DNA from: an uncultured cyanobacterium
GTDB lineage: Bacteria; Cyanobacteriota; Cyanobacteriia; Cyanobacteriales; Cyanobacteriaceae
DNA: 64,000 nt
NCBI GenBank assembly: GCA_963749915.1
Contig: CAVVOP010000008.1
Location: forward strand, 288,001-352,000
Reading direction: 5' to 3'
The position numbers and the translations under genes were made by a program. This document shows, one piece after another, positions 9,181 to 20,083 of this stretch. Under the pieces are notes generated by a model. It searched no databases and was not told where the DNA came from. It worked only from the letters and a program-made list of their open reading frames with translations. The number at the start of each line of letters is the position of its first letter. Position 1 is the first letter of the stretch.

Positions 9181-10848
9181 TCAATCTCCTTCTGATAAAT
9201 TAAAGAAAATTGTGCCCCGCCGGACTCCGTTTTCCACTCCTTCACTGATGATTGTTAAGGATTGTAAATTATCAAATAAAGGTTTAGTCCCTAACTCAAC
9301 AATTTTAATCACGGGAAATTTTTTGGCAAGATAAGGTTCTAAGGGTTGCCATTTCAGATATAAATAACCATCGTTGTTACTGGGTAAAGCCCGAATTATT
9401 GATTGAAAATCCTTTGATTGTAATAAGTTTTGTTCAGGGTTGCTTAACGTATTATTTAAAACATTCACCGAGTTAGTTAAAATTTCATAGGAATCTTTCT
9501 GGGTATGTACTCCTTTTACCTGTGCTTCAAGACGTGAAAAATTATTTTCAGAAGTCGCAATTAATTTTGTCCATGCGGTAATCATATTCTTTTCTAAGGG
9601 TAATTTACCAACGCTTAAACCTCTATCTTTGGCAAGATTATCTAATTTGTCGGTTAATAATTCCTCTTGTTTTTCAGTGACAAATAACCAGTCCAATTCT
9701 TTGGTTACCTCATCAATTGATAAAGATAACCCATATTCACCTCTAACTTGGGAAAAAATATCTTCCGCAAAATCTAGTTTTAAAGATTCTTCTAAGGGAT
9801 GAATACCTTGATAAATTAATTGGGGTAAGGGATTATTATTGCCTAATCCTGTCTTGATTTGTTGCCAAAATGCCCCTAAATTTACCCCGCCTATGGAGAC
9901 AATACTGTTCTCCGGAATATAGGCTAAAGTTTGCGGAGGTATTGCTAAACTGGGGGGTTCATTTTCTTTCTTACTGACTCCAAATAAAGCGGTATGGGTG
10001 ACTAATCCTCGGGGGTTAAGGCTCAAAGATAGGGTTAGGCTTTCATTGATGAGGGGGGTTGCCACTTCTCCTTGATTCGTAATCCATGCGGAGGTTGCCG
10101 GCAAATTTAGATAAGCAATACTGACTTTTTTTGCCGTCAAAGAGGCGATCGCTTTTTGGTAAGCCAGATCATGTGCCAAATTAAGATCCACAGCTTGAGC
10201 ATTATTAATGGCTTCTTTCAATACCTGTAAATCATTGGCAAATAAAACAAAATTCGTCACCACCGCCGCCGCCACTTGCTTAATTTCTGTATCCGCTACC
10301 GTCGGGCGTTGATAAATTAAATTAACTCCCTTATACTGTTCAAAAATTAATTCAGCAGTATTAGAAAGCACTTGTTTTTGATAATAAGTTTGTAAAAATT
10401 CTCTTGCTAACTGAGGTGATTTATTTTTAGCTACCAACAAATATCCGGGTTTAACACCGTTATCAATATTGTGATCATAATCCAAGGATGTCACCGCCAA
10501 GGTAATTTCATCCCCCAACCAATTCCGTAAATCTTCTACCGAATTTACCTGAGCTTGAGATAGTAAATTTGTCCTTAATTGTTGAATAGCCTTTAAAACT
10601 CGTTTTTGTTCACGATTGGAAGGCAATAAGTTTGCCATAGTACCTAATTTATCAGGATTAATCAATAAAGACACCATTAAGGGCGACTGTTTTGGGATAA
10701 AAACGACTCCTTGAGGATTATTTTTGACTCCCCCTTTTGTGATGTAATTAGAGTACGTGCCTGAAAATAACCATAAACTAAATAAGGCGACCAAAATCAC
10801 CCCTACGACGACAATCACAATTTTAGGTACAGCGAAACGAGATTTCAT
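9181..10848 (-). CDS. DUF3352-like cyanobacterial membrane-anchored protein
   Basis: N-terminal TM anchor and WLGDEITLAVTSLDYD...PGYLL motif. Confidence 0.7.
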   Translation of the reverse strand: MKSRFAVPKIVIVVVGVILVALFSLWLFSGTYSNYITKGGVKNNPQGVVFIPKQSPLMVSLLINPDKLGTMANLLPSNREQKRVLKAIQQLRTNLLSQAQVNSVEDLRNWLGDEITLAVTSLDYDHNIDNGVKPGYLLVAKNKSPQLAREFLQTYYQKQVLSNTAELIFEQYKGVNLIYQRPTVADTEIKQVAAAVVTNFVLFANDLQVLKEAINNAQAVDLNLAHDLAYQKAIASLTAKKVSIAYLNLPATSAWITNQGEVATPLINESLTLSLSLNPRGLVTHTALFGVSKKENEPPSLAIPPQTLAYIPENSIVSIGGVNLGAFWQQIKTGLGNNNPLPQLIYQGIHPLEESLKLDFAEDIFSQVRGEYGLSLSIDEVTKELDWLFVTEKQEELLTDKLDNLAKDRGLSVGKLPLEKNMITAWTKLIATSENNFSRLEAQVKGVHTQKDSYEILTNSVNVLNNTLSNPEQNLLQSKDFQSIIRALPSNNDGYLYLKWQPLEPYLAKKFPVIKIVELGTKPLFDNLQSLTIISEGVENGVRRGTIFFNLSEGD

Positions 10849-11013
10849 CGGCAAGATCAAGACGAATGACTCTACATAATATATCACAGACTAGTGGTAG
10901 AGTTATTCAATCACTATTTTTAGTTTACCAAAAGGAGGAGATAATGAATTTTATAAATTAAGGATGTTAGACTTTAATGTTAACAACTAACTATCAATTA
11001 TCAATTATTCAAA

Positions 11014-12267
11014 GTGAATGAGACAAAAAATCTCGATTGGTTTCTCTTTACCTTAGTTATTGGCATCAGTAGCTTTGGTAGTTTAATTATTTATAGCACC
11101 CAGATTTACAAAAACGGGACTGATTGGCAAAGTCAATTAATTATGGTTGTAATTGGTTCATTTATATTAATTAGTTTATCTCAATATCGCTATGAATTGT
11201 TATTAAAATACCATTGGATCACTTATGCTATTACTAATACTCTACTACTAGCGGTGATTTTTGTGGGGAAAACCATTAATGGTGCTCAAAGTTGGATTAA
11301 TATAGCAGGTTTTCAGTTTCAGCCTTCAGAATTTGCCAAAGTTGGCTTAATTATCTCTCTTTCAGCTTTATTACATTATCGAGATGCCTCAAAACTACTT
11401 CATTTTCTCCCCGTTATGGCTACGGTTGGATTACCTTGGGTGTTGATTATGATTCAACCGGATTTAGGGACGGGATTAGTCTTTGGGGCAATTACTTTAA
11501 CGATGTTATATTGGGCAAATGCAAATCTGGGTTGGATTTTATTAATTTTATCCCCCCTTGTGTCTGCTTTTTTGTTCAATATTTTTTTACCGAGTTGGCT
11601 TATTTTCATCCCTGCCATGATTTTAATTGCATGGTTTACCTTACCCCCCAGATTTAAACATATTTGGGCTTTAGCCACTCTCACGGTCAATTACACCGCA
11701 GGAAAATTAGGAGATGTTCTCTGGCATTTATTACAACCCTATCAAAAAGATCGTTTAACTTTATTTCTTCAACCTGAAAAAGATCCCCTCGGCGGAGGTT
11801 ATCATTTAATACAGTCCAGAATTGCCATCGGTTCGGGTAAAATTTTCGGTAATGGTTTTCTTGACGCTACCCAAACTCATCTTAATTTTGTTCCTGAGCA
11901 ACATACTGACTTCATCTATAGTGCGATCGCCGATCAATTTGGCTTTATTGGTGCTATGGCGGTGATAATAATTTATTGGTTAATTTGTTGGCGTTTGGTG
12001 ATGATTGCCATGGAATCGAGAGATAATTTTGGGTCATTATTAGCTGTGGGGGTTTTAGGGATGATTGCCTTTCAAACCATTATTAATATAGGTATGACTA
12101 TGGGATTAGCACCCATTACGGGAATACCTTTACCCTTCCTCAGTTACGGTAGATCATCGTTATTGACAAATTTTATTGCCTTTGGCTTAGTGGAAGCAGT
12201 GGCAAACGCAAGAATTATGAAGTTACCTAAATCAAGACAAAAATATAGCAGCACAAAAAGAAGTTAA
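11014..12267 (+). CDS. rodA: Rod shape-determining protein RodA (SEDS family)
   Basis: GAQSWI, QPSEFAK, QPDLGT, GYHLIQSRIAIGSG, PEQHTDFI and GIPLPFLSYG motifs. Confidence 0.93.
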   Translation: MNETKNLDWFLFTLVIGISSFGSLIIYSTQIYKNGTDWQSQLIMVVIGSFILISLSQYRYELLLKYHWITYAITNTLLLAVIFVGKTINGAQSWINIAGFQFQPSEFAKVGLIISLSALLHYRDASKLLHFLPVMATVGLPWVLIMIQPDLGTGLVFGAITLTMLYWANANLGWILLILSPLVSAFLFNIFLPSWLIFIPAMILIAWFTLPPRFKHIWALATLTVNYTAGKLGDVLWHLLQPYQKDRLTLFLQPEKDPLGGGYHLIQSRIAIGSGKIFGNGFLDATQTHLNFVPEQHTDFIYSAIADQFGFIGAMAVIIIYWLICWRLVMIAMESRDNFGSLLAVGVLGMIAFQTIINIGMTMGLAPITGIPLPFLSYGRSSLLTNFIAFGLVEAVANARIMKLPKSRQKYSSTKRS

Positions 12268-12300
12268 GACAGATCAACGATTAAATTAAGATTTCAACTT

Positions 12301-13068
12301 TCAATCAATATTAACCCGTTGGGTAATCATTCTCATGCCGTCAGTGCCTATTAAAATGATTGAGTACCAATGATCTTCTTTTGTTAGAGGTAATTTAACA
12401 CGCTTAAAAATGCCCCCAGCCGATAAAGCTTCTAATTCTAGACTAGAAGGTTTGAGATATAGCGACGAATCGATTTTTTCCTCTAAAACTCCTCCCAAAA
12501 TAATATCTGAACCGATGGGATCTTGTAAAATAACATCAAAATCAAATTCTTCACCTGGACGGGCTTTTTCTGGTAAATTAATAGTTACCGCCGGCGGCTT
12601 TTCTCCCGTTATAACTTCATTCTTTTCCGCTAAAATTTTTTGTTTTATTAATTGGTTATTAACAAAATATTGTTCCGCTTTTATATCTGAACTGAGGGTA
12701 AATTTTTTTCCATTAATCTCATAATTACCTTGAATATTTGTGATAGTTTTAGCAACTAATTCGTCTTGATTTTGAGTCCATGATTCGATTGTCGTGGTGT
12801 ATTTTAAATCTTTATATTTTGACCATAATTTTTCTAAAGATGAGACAAAAGTTTCATAATTTAAGCCATCTTCAGTGGTAAATTTAGGGGAGATATTTTG
12901 CTCTATTAACTTTAAATCATGGTTATTAGCGGCTAAGTCTATCTTTGTTACCACCTCTAAAAGTTCTTTGGGAATATTATTAGATTGTGCGGAAACTTGA
13001 TTAAATTTAGTAAAGGTAAAGGTAAAACTTAAGATGAGTAAGAGAAAAAATTTAAGGCTTTTTTTCAT
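12301..13068 (-). CDS. Secreted conserved protein, NTF2-like N-terminal domain
   Basis: Signal peptide (MKK..VSAQ) and the C-terminal AGGIFKR motif of a conserved cyanobacterial family. Confidence 0.6.
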   Translation of the reverse strand: MKKSLKFFLLLILSFTFTFTKFNQVSAQSNNIPKELLEVVTKIDLAANNHDLKLIEQNISPKFTTEDGLNYETFVSSLEKLWSKYKDLKYTTTIESWTQNQDELVAKTITNIQGNYEINGKKFTLSSDIKAEQYFVNNQLIKQKILAEKNEVITGEKPPAVTINLPEKARPGEEFDFDVILQDPIGSDIILGGVLEEKIDSSLYLKPSSLELEALSAGGIFKRVKLPLTKEDHWYSIILIGTDGMRMITQRVNID

Positions 13069-13145
13069 GGTTTGATTATAGAAGACCATAGTTTAATATT
13101 TATATATTGTAAATAAAAATAAGTCGGCAAAATAAGAATTATAAA

Positions 13146-14513
13146 TTATTTCACAAAGCTATCCTCAAGAAGTAATTTTTCAGCATCATCACCCACACGG
13201 ATAGTAATATCAGAATCAATATCCCCCGTGGAAGAAGATTCTAATTCGCCAAAATTGATGGTGCGTTGAATGACTTGGGCTGAGTTATAATCTCCTTGTT
13301 GAACAATAATTTTCGTTATGGGGGTGGGATAAGGGGAATTGTGGGAGATATAAACATTGTTAAAACCATTTTCTGCTAAAAATGAGGCTAATTTTTCGGC
13401 TAATTTAGGATTAGGGGTAGCATTTTGAATCCCAATTTTAACACGATCAAAAGACTGATTATTTTTCGATGATGACGATTCGTTGCTAAGATATTGTTGC
13501 ATAATTTGTTGTGTATTTTTCGGAGAAGTTAGCCAATAACTGAGGGGATATTCTCTGGCACGACTTGCCTTTCCAGGTAACATTACCATGCGAATGTCCT
13601 GTCTATCTAAACTTAAACTATAGATGGCAAGGCTTAATATTTCTGATTGGGTTAAATCTGTATCAATTTCTTGTTTTAACAATTTAAGTGCTTGAGGTAT
13701 TTTGAAGATTGCTTGGGGAGATTGTGATTTTTCCCGTAACGCTGTAAGTAATATTTGTTGTCTTTGAACTCTGCCAATATCTCCTAAATTATCATTACGA
13801 TAACGGGCAAATTGTTCCGCTTGATCACCATTTAAGGTTTGTTTTCCTTCTTTTAAATCAATGTGCAACCCTTGCGTATCGTCATTATACTTCATGTCCA
13901 TCGGTACGTAAACCTCGACACCGCCGATTAAATCCACTAAATCTTTAAAGGCGTTAGTAGTAATTCTAATATGTTTATCAATAGTTACACCTTTTAAATT
14001 TCTTTGGATAACTTCTTTGGTGAAAGGTGTTCCACCTGTAGCATTAGCACTATTAATTTTATCGTAACTTCCGTTGGGCAATTGGACACGGGTGTCTCTG
14101 GGAATGGATAGTATTCTTAGGGAGTGATCATCAGGTTGAAACCGCACTAACAACATCGTGTCGCTACGTCCTGAAAATTGGTTGTCAGGATTTTTCTCAC
14201 TATATGGTACTCTATCAATACCCATCACTAAAATGTTAACAGGCTCTTGTAATTGCTGACTAAAAATCGAGGTAAAACCAAATTGTTTAAAGGCTTCTAT
14301 TTTTTCTAAGATAGGGCTAATATCCTTAGAAATTGGGCTTTTTAAGGCGACAGTCATGCCGATAAAACTAGAGACTGCGGCGGTAACGGTAAAACAACCA
14401 CCCCAAATAAACCCTTGTGGCAAAGGGGAAGATAATTTTTTGAGGAGGGTGGATTTTTTGTGGCCGTTAGACTTGCATGATTGACGTGCCGATTTATTCT
14501 TCAATTTCACCAT
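13146..14513 (-). CDS. LCP (LytR-CpsA-Psr) family protein with LytR_C domain
   Basis: NILVMGID, GRSDTMLL, SIPRDT, KINSA, RYR..GDIGRVQRQQ; C-terminal IQNAT...SDITIRVG. Confidence 0.92.
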   Translation of the reverse strand: MVKLKNKSARQSCKSNGHKKSTLLKKLSSPLPQGFIWGGCFTVTAAVSSFIGMTVALKSPISKDISPILEKIEAFKQFGFTSIFSQQLQEPVNILVMGIDRVPYSEKNPDNQFSGRSDTMLLVRFQPDDHSLRILSIPRDTRVQLPNGSYDKINSANATGGTPFTKEVIQRNLKGVTIDKHIRITTNAFKDLVDLIGGVEVYVPMDMKYNDDTQGLHIDLKEGKQTLNGDQAEQFARYRNDNLGDIGRVQRQQILLTALREKSQSPQAIFKIPQALKLLKQEIDTDLTQSEILSLAIYSLSLDRQDIRMVMLPGKASRAREYPLSYWLTSPKNTQQIMQQYLSNESSSSKNNQSFDRVKIGIQNATPNPKLAEKLASFLAENGFNNVYISHNSPYPTPITKIIVQQGDYNSAQVIQRTINFGELESSSTGDIDSDITIRVGDDAEKLLLEDSFVK

Positions 14514-14599
14514 TAATTTTTGCAGTTTTTATCTCTAATATTGATAGCATAATCTTTAATCAATTGCGTACTATTATCTCTTTATTTTGGTAAAAAAAT

Positions 14600-15661
14600 A
14601 TGAAAAAAACATTTGTACCAGTTATTTTAGCTGGAGGAAAAGGTGAAAGATTTTGGCCTTTGAGTCGATCACAACGTCCTAAACAATTTCTTTGTCTCGA
14701 TAGTAGTGGGAAAAGTTTGTTGGCAAATACTGCTGATCGTTTATTATCTTTAGCACAAGGGTGGGAAAATATTATCGTGATCACCTCCGAGTTATTAGCC
14801 GAAGGTGTCAAGGAACAGTTACCTCTATTACCCGATGATAATATTTTACTCGAACCCATGGGAAAAGATACGGCCCCGGCGGTGACATGGGCCAGTCTAT
14901 ATATTAAAAGTCATTATGGAGAAAGTGCGATCGCAGGTTTTTTCCCCGCTGATCATTATATTGGTAATCAAGAAGAATTTGAAAGAATCATTAAAACTGG
15001 TGTTAACTTTGCCATGGAAAACGAAGCCATTGTAACCTTAGGCATAAAACCTGATTATCCCAGCACCGGTTATGGTTATATTGAACAAGGAAAAATTAAA
15101 ACAGAAAAAGAGAATACCCCTATATATAAAGTAATCCGTTTCACCGAAAAACCTAATGAAGAAACTGCAAAAGAATTTATCGCGACGGATAGATATAGTT
15201 GGAATAGTGGAATGTTCATTTTTCAGGTTGGGGTTGTTTTAAGGGAATTAAGCAATTATGCACCGCAAATTTTACGACCATTACAAGAGAAGGGAAAATC
15301 AGCCTATCAACAGTTAGAAAGAATTAGTATTGACTATGCTTTAATGGAAAAAACTGCACTTACTTATATTATTCCCGCAGATTTTGCTTGGGATGACTTA
15401 GGAGATTGGAATGCTTTAGAAAGATTATTAACCCCTGAAAATAATAATGTGGTAGTGGGTAATCATATCAGTCAAGACACGAAAAACTCCATTATTTATA
15501 GTAGTCAAGAAAACGAGATAATTGTGACTATTGGTTTAGATGATGTGGTAATTATTAGAGATGGAAATGCAACATTAGTTGTCAATAAAAATCAAACTCA
15601 AGACATTAAAAAAGCCCTAAAAATTTTACAAGAAAGAAAAGATAGTCAAAATTTTCTCTAA
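14600..15661 (+). CDS. manC: Mannose-1-phosphate guanylyltransferase
   Basis: VILAGGKGERFWPLSR..PKQF, EP.GKDTAPA, PADH, TGYGYI, FTEKP, WNSGMF and W.DLG.W motifs. Confidence 0.92.
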   Translation: MKKTFVPVILAGGKGERFWPLSRSQRPKQFLCLDSSGKSLLANTADRLLSLAQGWENIIVITSELLAEGVKEQLPLLPDDNILLEPMGKDTAPAVTWASLYIKSHYGESAIAGFFPADHYIGNQEEFERIIKTGVNFAMENEAIVTLGIKPDYPSTGYGYIEQGKIKTEKENTPIYKVIRFTEKPNEETAKEFIATDRYSWNSGMFIFQVGVVLRELSNYAPQILRPLQEKGKSAYQQLERISIDYALMEKTALTYIIPADFAWDDLGDWNALERLLTPENNNVVVGNHISQDTKNSIIYSSQENEIIVTIGLDDVVIIRDGNATLVVNKNQTQDIKKALKILQERKDSQNFL

Positions 15662-15773
15662 TAATTTAATCCATAATTAAAATAATGATGTATAGTAAAA
15701 AACTATCAATTGTCATTATCAATTACCGACAATTTAGTATTCGGTACCAACTACCAACTGTAAACTATTAAAC

Positions 15774-17585
15774 ATGGATTTTTTAAGCAACATCTCTCCT
15801 ATTTTCATTACCATTACAGTTTTAATTGTCACCTTAATCGCATTTATCGCTGAATGGTTGCCGGTAGATTTAACTTCTTTATCGGTAGCTGTGGTATTAA
15901 TGCTTTTAGGGTTAGTTTCCCCAGATGAGGGAATTTCAGGCTTTGGTAACTCAGCCACTATCACCGTTATGGCAATGTTTATTCTCAGCGGGGGTGTGAC
16001 TAAAAGTGGTGTTTTAAATATTGTCAGAGATTGGTTGATTAAATTCGGAGGAAAAAATCCGAGTCAACAAATTTTCGTAATGGGAACTATTGTCGGGTCC
16101 ATTAGTGCGTTTATTAATAATACTGCAGTGGTAGCGATTTTTTTGCCCATAGTTGAGCAGTGGAGTAAACAAACTAAAGTTTCTGTTTCTAAGTTGTTAA
16201 TCCCCCTTTCCTATTCCACAGTTTTAGGGGGTATGATTACGGTTTTAGGTACATCTACTAACATTCTAGCTAGCGGTGTAGCAGTAAAATTAGGATATGA
16301 AGAATTTAATATTTTTCAATTTACCGCCTTAGGATTACCTACTTTTATCATTGGTTTAGTATATCTTTCTTTGGCCGCCCCGAAAATGTTGGCTGCTAGA
16401 AAACCGCCAGGAGGAGAATCTTTAAGTGAAGATTATGAGTTAAAAGAATATGTTAGTGAGATGATTATTCCTCCTAAATCCAGCTTAATTGGGCAAACTT
16501 TGCGCAGTAGTGAAATTCAAAGAAAATTTGATTTAGATATTTTAGAAATTATCCGTAATGATGAACATTTTCCGCCGCCTTTGGCTGATAAGGTTTTAGC
16601 TGTAGGGGATATTTTATTAGTTAGAGGTAGTCGAAATAATTTACTAAATATAAAAGATGAAAGAGGCGTTGAAATTCTGGCAGATTTTAAGTTTAACTCT
16701 GATAATTTGGAGAAGGAAAATAATGAAGAAGAAGAGAAAATCGCTGAGGTTTTAATCTTATCAAATTCTCGTTTAATTGGTTCAACTTTAAAAGATTTGC
16801 GTTTTCGTCAACGTTATAATAGTACAGTTTTAGCTATCAGAAGAGGACAAGAATTAATTAGGGAAAGATTAGGTAAAACCACTTTAAAATTTGGCGATTT
16901 ATTATTAATTCAAGCACCAAAAGAGAGTTTCATTGGTTTACAAACCACGAGAGAATTATTAGTTTTAGAAGAAAAAAATCGAGAGGGTTTAAGACAAGAA
17001 AAAGCCTTAATTGCTTTAGCTATTATTGTTGGTGTTGTTTTAATATCCGCCATGGATATTGTGCCGATTTTAACCGCCAGTTTAGCGGGAGTTTTATTAA
17101 TGGTGATTACAGGATGTTTAAAACCAGGGGAAATTTATGGGACAGTTAGATGGGATATTATTTTCTTATTGGCAGGGTTAATTCCTCTTGGTTTAGCAAT
17201 GGATAATTCTGGCACTAATCAATGGTTGGCCGATAATTTGTTAGGGGTAGCTGGTAACTTATCAGGATATTGGATTCTCGTGTTATTCTACTTTGCGACC
17301 TCGATGTTAACAGAGGTTTTATCTAACAATGCCGCAGTGGTTTTAATGATTCCTATCGCGGTGAAAATAGCTGAAAGTATGGGTTTAGAGCCTTTATCGT
17401 TCATGTATGTAGTAACGTTTGCAGCTTCTAATAGTTATTTAGCTCCCATCGGCTATCAAACTAATACAATGGTATATGCCCCTGGAGGTTATAAATTCCT
17501 AGATTATACTCGTGTTGGCCTTCCTCTCACCATTACGTTAACTCTAGTAACTCCTCTTTTAATCATGAAAATCTATGGCATTTAA
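15774..17585 (+). CDS. SLC13/DASS family permease with TrkA-C domains
   Basis: SAFINNT, GTSTN, two TrkA-C repeats, SNNA and PIGYQTN motifs; many TM segments. Confidence 0.88.
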   Translation: MDFLSNISPIFITITVLIVTLIAFIAEWLPVDLTSLSVAVVLMLLGLVSPDEGISGFGNSATITVMAMFILSGGVTKSGVLNIVRDWLIKFGGKNPSQQIFVMGTIVGSISAFINNTAVVAIFLPIVEQWSKQTKVSVSKLLIPLSYSTVLGGMITVLGTSTNILASGVAVKLGYEEFNIFQFTALGLPTFIIGLVYLSLAAPKMLAARKPPGGESLSEDYELKEYVSEMIIPPKSSLIGQTLRSSEIQRKFDLDILEIIRNDEHFPPPLADKVLAVGDILLVRGSRNNLLNIKDERGVEILADFKFNSDNLEKENNEEEEKIAEVLILSNSRLIGSTLKDLRFRQRYNSTVLAIRRGQELIRERLGKTTLKFGDLLLIQAPKESFIGLQTTRELLVLEEKNREGLRQEKALIALAIIVGVVLISAMDIVPILTASLAGVLLMVITGCLKPGEIYGTVRWDIIFLLAGLIPLGLAMDNSGTNQWLADNLLGVAGNLSGYWILVLFYFATSMLTEVLSNNAAVVLMIPIAVKIAESMGLEPLSFMYVVTFAASNSYLAPIGYQTNTMVYAPGGYKFLDYTRVGLPLTITLTLVTPLLIMKIYGI

Positions 17586-17680
17586 AACAATATCGATTAG
17601 CTTCCAAAATTTTATTGTGATAAACTGAAACCCTAATCCTAACAGGATTAGGAGCTGTACAGTGCCAAATTAAATGACCT

Positions 17681-18704
17681 CTAGTTTCCGCTAAATGAGA
17701 GCAAGAAGTTAACAAAAGTGCGATTACTAGATTCGGGGTAGGATTCTAGTTCATAATATGTAGATAGCTAAACAAATTGCCAGAGATGAGTGTATGCTAA
17801 TTGCCATCGAACAAACTCTACAAGCTTTACAAATTATTGTGCAAAGTGTACCAGTGGGGACGAATCTGGCTCTGATACACCTGATGTGGAGCATACTCAA
17901 TGGCTCATTTCTGAGTAGTCGAGGCGCAATTTTTCCCGCTCTGCAAGAAAGTGGCTTCTGCCCCGAGGAGATCAGGCGCAGTTGGCAAGCAATGCGTTAT
18001 GGTGCCTGGTGCATCGATGATTTGTTGCAATCATGGGGTGACTATGTACAGGAACGAGGGGAATGGCAAATCCATGAGTATGAAGGTTATAGACCGCTGG
18101 CAGTGGATTTAACAGCCTTTTGGCGTTTGCGTCTGAAAGGATGGATGGGCAAATATTTCAACGGCATAGCCAATCGTATGCTCAAAGGTATTGGTTTTGC
18201 CTTGGTGGTGGAAGTCGGACAGTTGGCAGGTGAGCGCCTACCCATCTCATCAGACTTTTTCTATCTGGGTCTTTTTTGACCCCCTCTACACCGTCAGTTC
18301 GTTTTTGCTCCAGAAAGTTGCCAGCGTCTGCCGGAACTGGCGATGTTAGTTGGCAATATTCTCAGTTATCTGGCGCTGGTGTTGCCTCCTATTCCCACAG
18401 GCTTCTGGGACCGCCGCCCACAAAAGACAACCGGGGGTTTACGTCGGGTCTTAGCCCGAACTGAGTTTCCCAAAGTTGACCTAAACAATGGGCAAATGCG
18501 AAAAAAGAATTCAGTGACAGCTCATTTGCCCAAAGGCATCGCTGCTCATCGATGACAAAAAGCACCCGAACTGGATCTCCCGCTCACCAAAGGTGCGCCT
18601 ACGGCGATCGCTTCTTGAGTCAACTAAATACTAAATAACAGGTGTTTTTGCTTCAGACCAGAGTCTGGATTGATTTTCTCATTCCGGATTTAGCGGAAAG
18701 TAAA
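17681..18704 (+). mobile_element. Internally deleted transposase element (ORF fragments 17794..18279 and ~18343..18555)
   Basis: Transposase-like N-terminal piece (LAVDLTAFWR) and C-terminal piece ([17 protein letters not shown]) joined out of frame. Inverted ends share TTTCCGCTAAAT / ATTTAGCGGAAA. Confidence 0.6.
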
Positions 18705-18734
18705 GATTTCTATTTTTGTCTAAATAAAATTTAG

Positions 18735-18882
18735 ATGCGTTTGCCCTGTTTGAGCTGCCGTTCGTTGTCCTTAATGGAATATTCTCCCAAATCCAATTAA
18801 AATATCTTACTACTAATCTCGCCGTCACTTTAGTCTGTTCCCAAACTTTGGCAAATTTATTTTGTTCCCGATGCCATCTACC
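18735..18882 (-). pseudogene. IS1 InsB C-terminal fragment
   Basis: GRWHREQNKFAKVWEQTKVTARLVVRYFNWIWEN is nearly identical in protein to InsB at 2566..3117 but diverged at the DNA level. Confidence 0.85.
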
Positions 18883-18909
18883 CCCCTCGAACATTTCTCA
18901 CATAAATCA

Positions 18910-18982
<73 letters not shown>

Positions 18983-19054
18983 TAACTTATGCCACTTATA
19001 TAATATAACGAACTTTTTTGGGATTGGCAAGAGTTTATCTGAAATTTTAAAAAA

Positions 19055-19425
19055 TAACTTTGTACCTTTTTCCCGCCCCGATGAATAACCTCGGACTTTG
19101 GGTGAAGGTGAAGAAGTGCCAAAAGTACGAATTATTCTTTTATAGTCTCTTTGCACTATACTAGGTGTGATTTTATCAGGCATTTTTTTCAGGTCATATT
19201 TTTGCCACTGTGGCACTACTTGTTTTGCTAAATTTCTGGTTGCCCACAAATTTACATAACTCAAAAATACTAATTCTACTCTCCTCTCTCCCATGACAAT
19301 TAACCTGTTCTTGAGCAATTTCACTATCAGTTGAACAACTACTAATTCGTTCAGTTGATAAAGGAATTGACCAATTATGTTGGGTTTTTTCATCATGAGT
19401 TAAATAAGTTAAAACTGAATATTTA
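19055..19425 (-). pseudogene. Degenerate transposase fragments
   Basis: Out-of-frame pieces WSIPLSTERISS and TPSIVQRDY.RII..FGT...PKVRG.SSGR.KG, typical of a cyanobacterial transposase family. Confidence 0.6.
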
Positions 19426-19785
19426 TGTCCCAAAGTAATCGGTTTTTGACCAAAAATCGGTGAGGGTTTATGAACAAACTCTCGGTCAATTAAAGTTGGA
19501 GACTGGAAAAATGTTAATTGGCTACGCTCGTGTTTCCACCGATGACCAAAATTTAGATCTGCAACGGGATGCTTTGCAGAAAGCTGGCTGTACGGAAATT
19601 TATGAAGACCGTCTCAGTGGACGATCAGCAGCAAGACCAGGGTTACAAAAAGCCTTAGAAGTACTGTTAATCATTACCTCAAAACCTGGGATTATGACCT
19701 TGATTCACTCAGGCAACCAAGTCCGGCTGTTCGTTTTTAAGCCACCCATAGTAACGAATGTTGGCAATTTGACCTGAGTCCCTGA
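19426..19785 (+). mobile_element. Transposon remnant: truncated serine resolvase joined to a DDE integrase-core fragment
   Basis: MLIGYARVSTDDQNLDLQRDALQKAGC..IYEDRLSG from ATG 19511. In another frame, TVNHYLKTWDYD...PAVRF*ATHSNECWQFDLSP* with nonsense codons. TGT-starting end at 19426. Confidence 0.7.
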
Positions 19786-19794
19786 CTGCCTGTT

Positions 19795-20065
19795 ATATTA
19801 GATTTAATTGTAAGTAGTGATGGCGATATTCCCTTATTTTTAAGAGTAGCAGACGGCAATGAAAATGATAAAGTAATGTTCGGAAAAATAGCAAAAGAAT
19901 ATAAATCAATGATAAATTTTGAAACGATGATGGTAGGAGATAGTGCTTTATATACAGAAAATAACCTCAAATTAATGAACGGAATGGAATGGTTATCGAG
20001 AGTTCCACTATCAATAAAAGAGGCTAAAAATTTGGTTTCAGAACTCTCATCATCTGACTTTACTC
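19795..20065 (+). pseudogene. IS1634-family transposase internal fragment
   Basis: ILDLIVSSDGDIPLFLRVADGNENDK..FG...VGDSALY..NL...WLSRVPLSIKEAK; homologous to 28722..29175. Confidence 0.82.
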
Positions 20066-20083
20066 GTAGCAGTAATAATGGAT

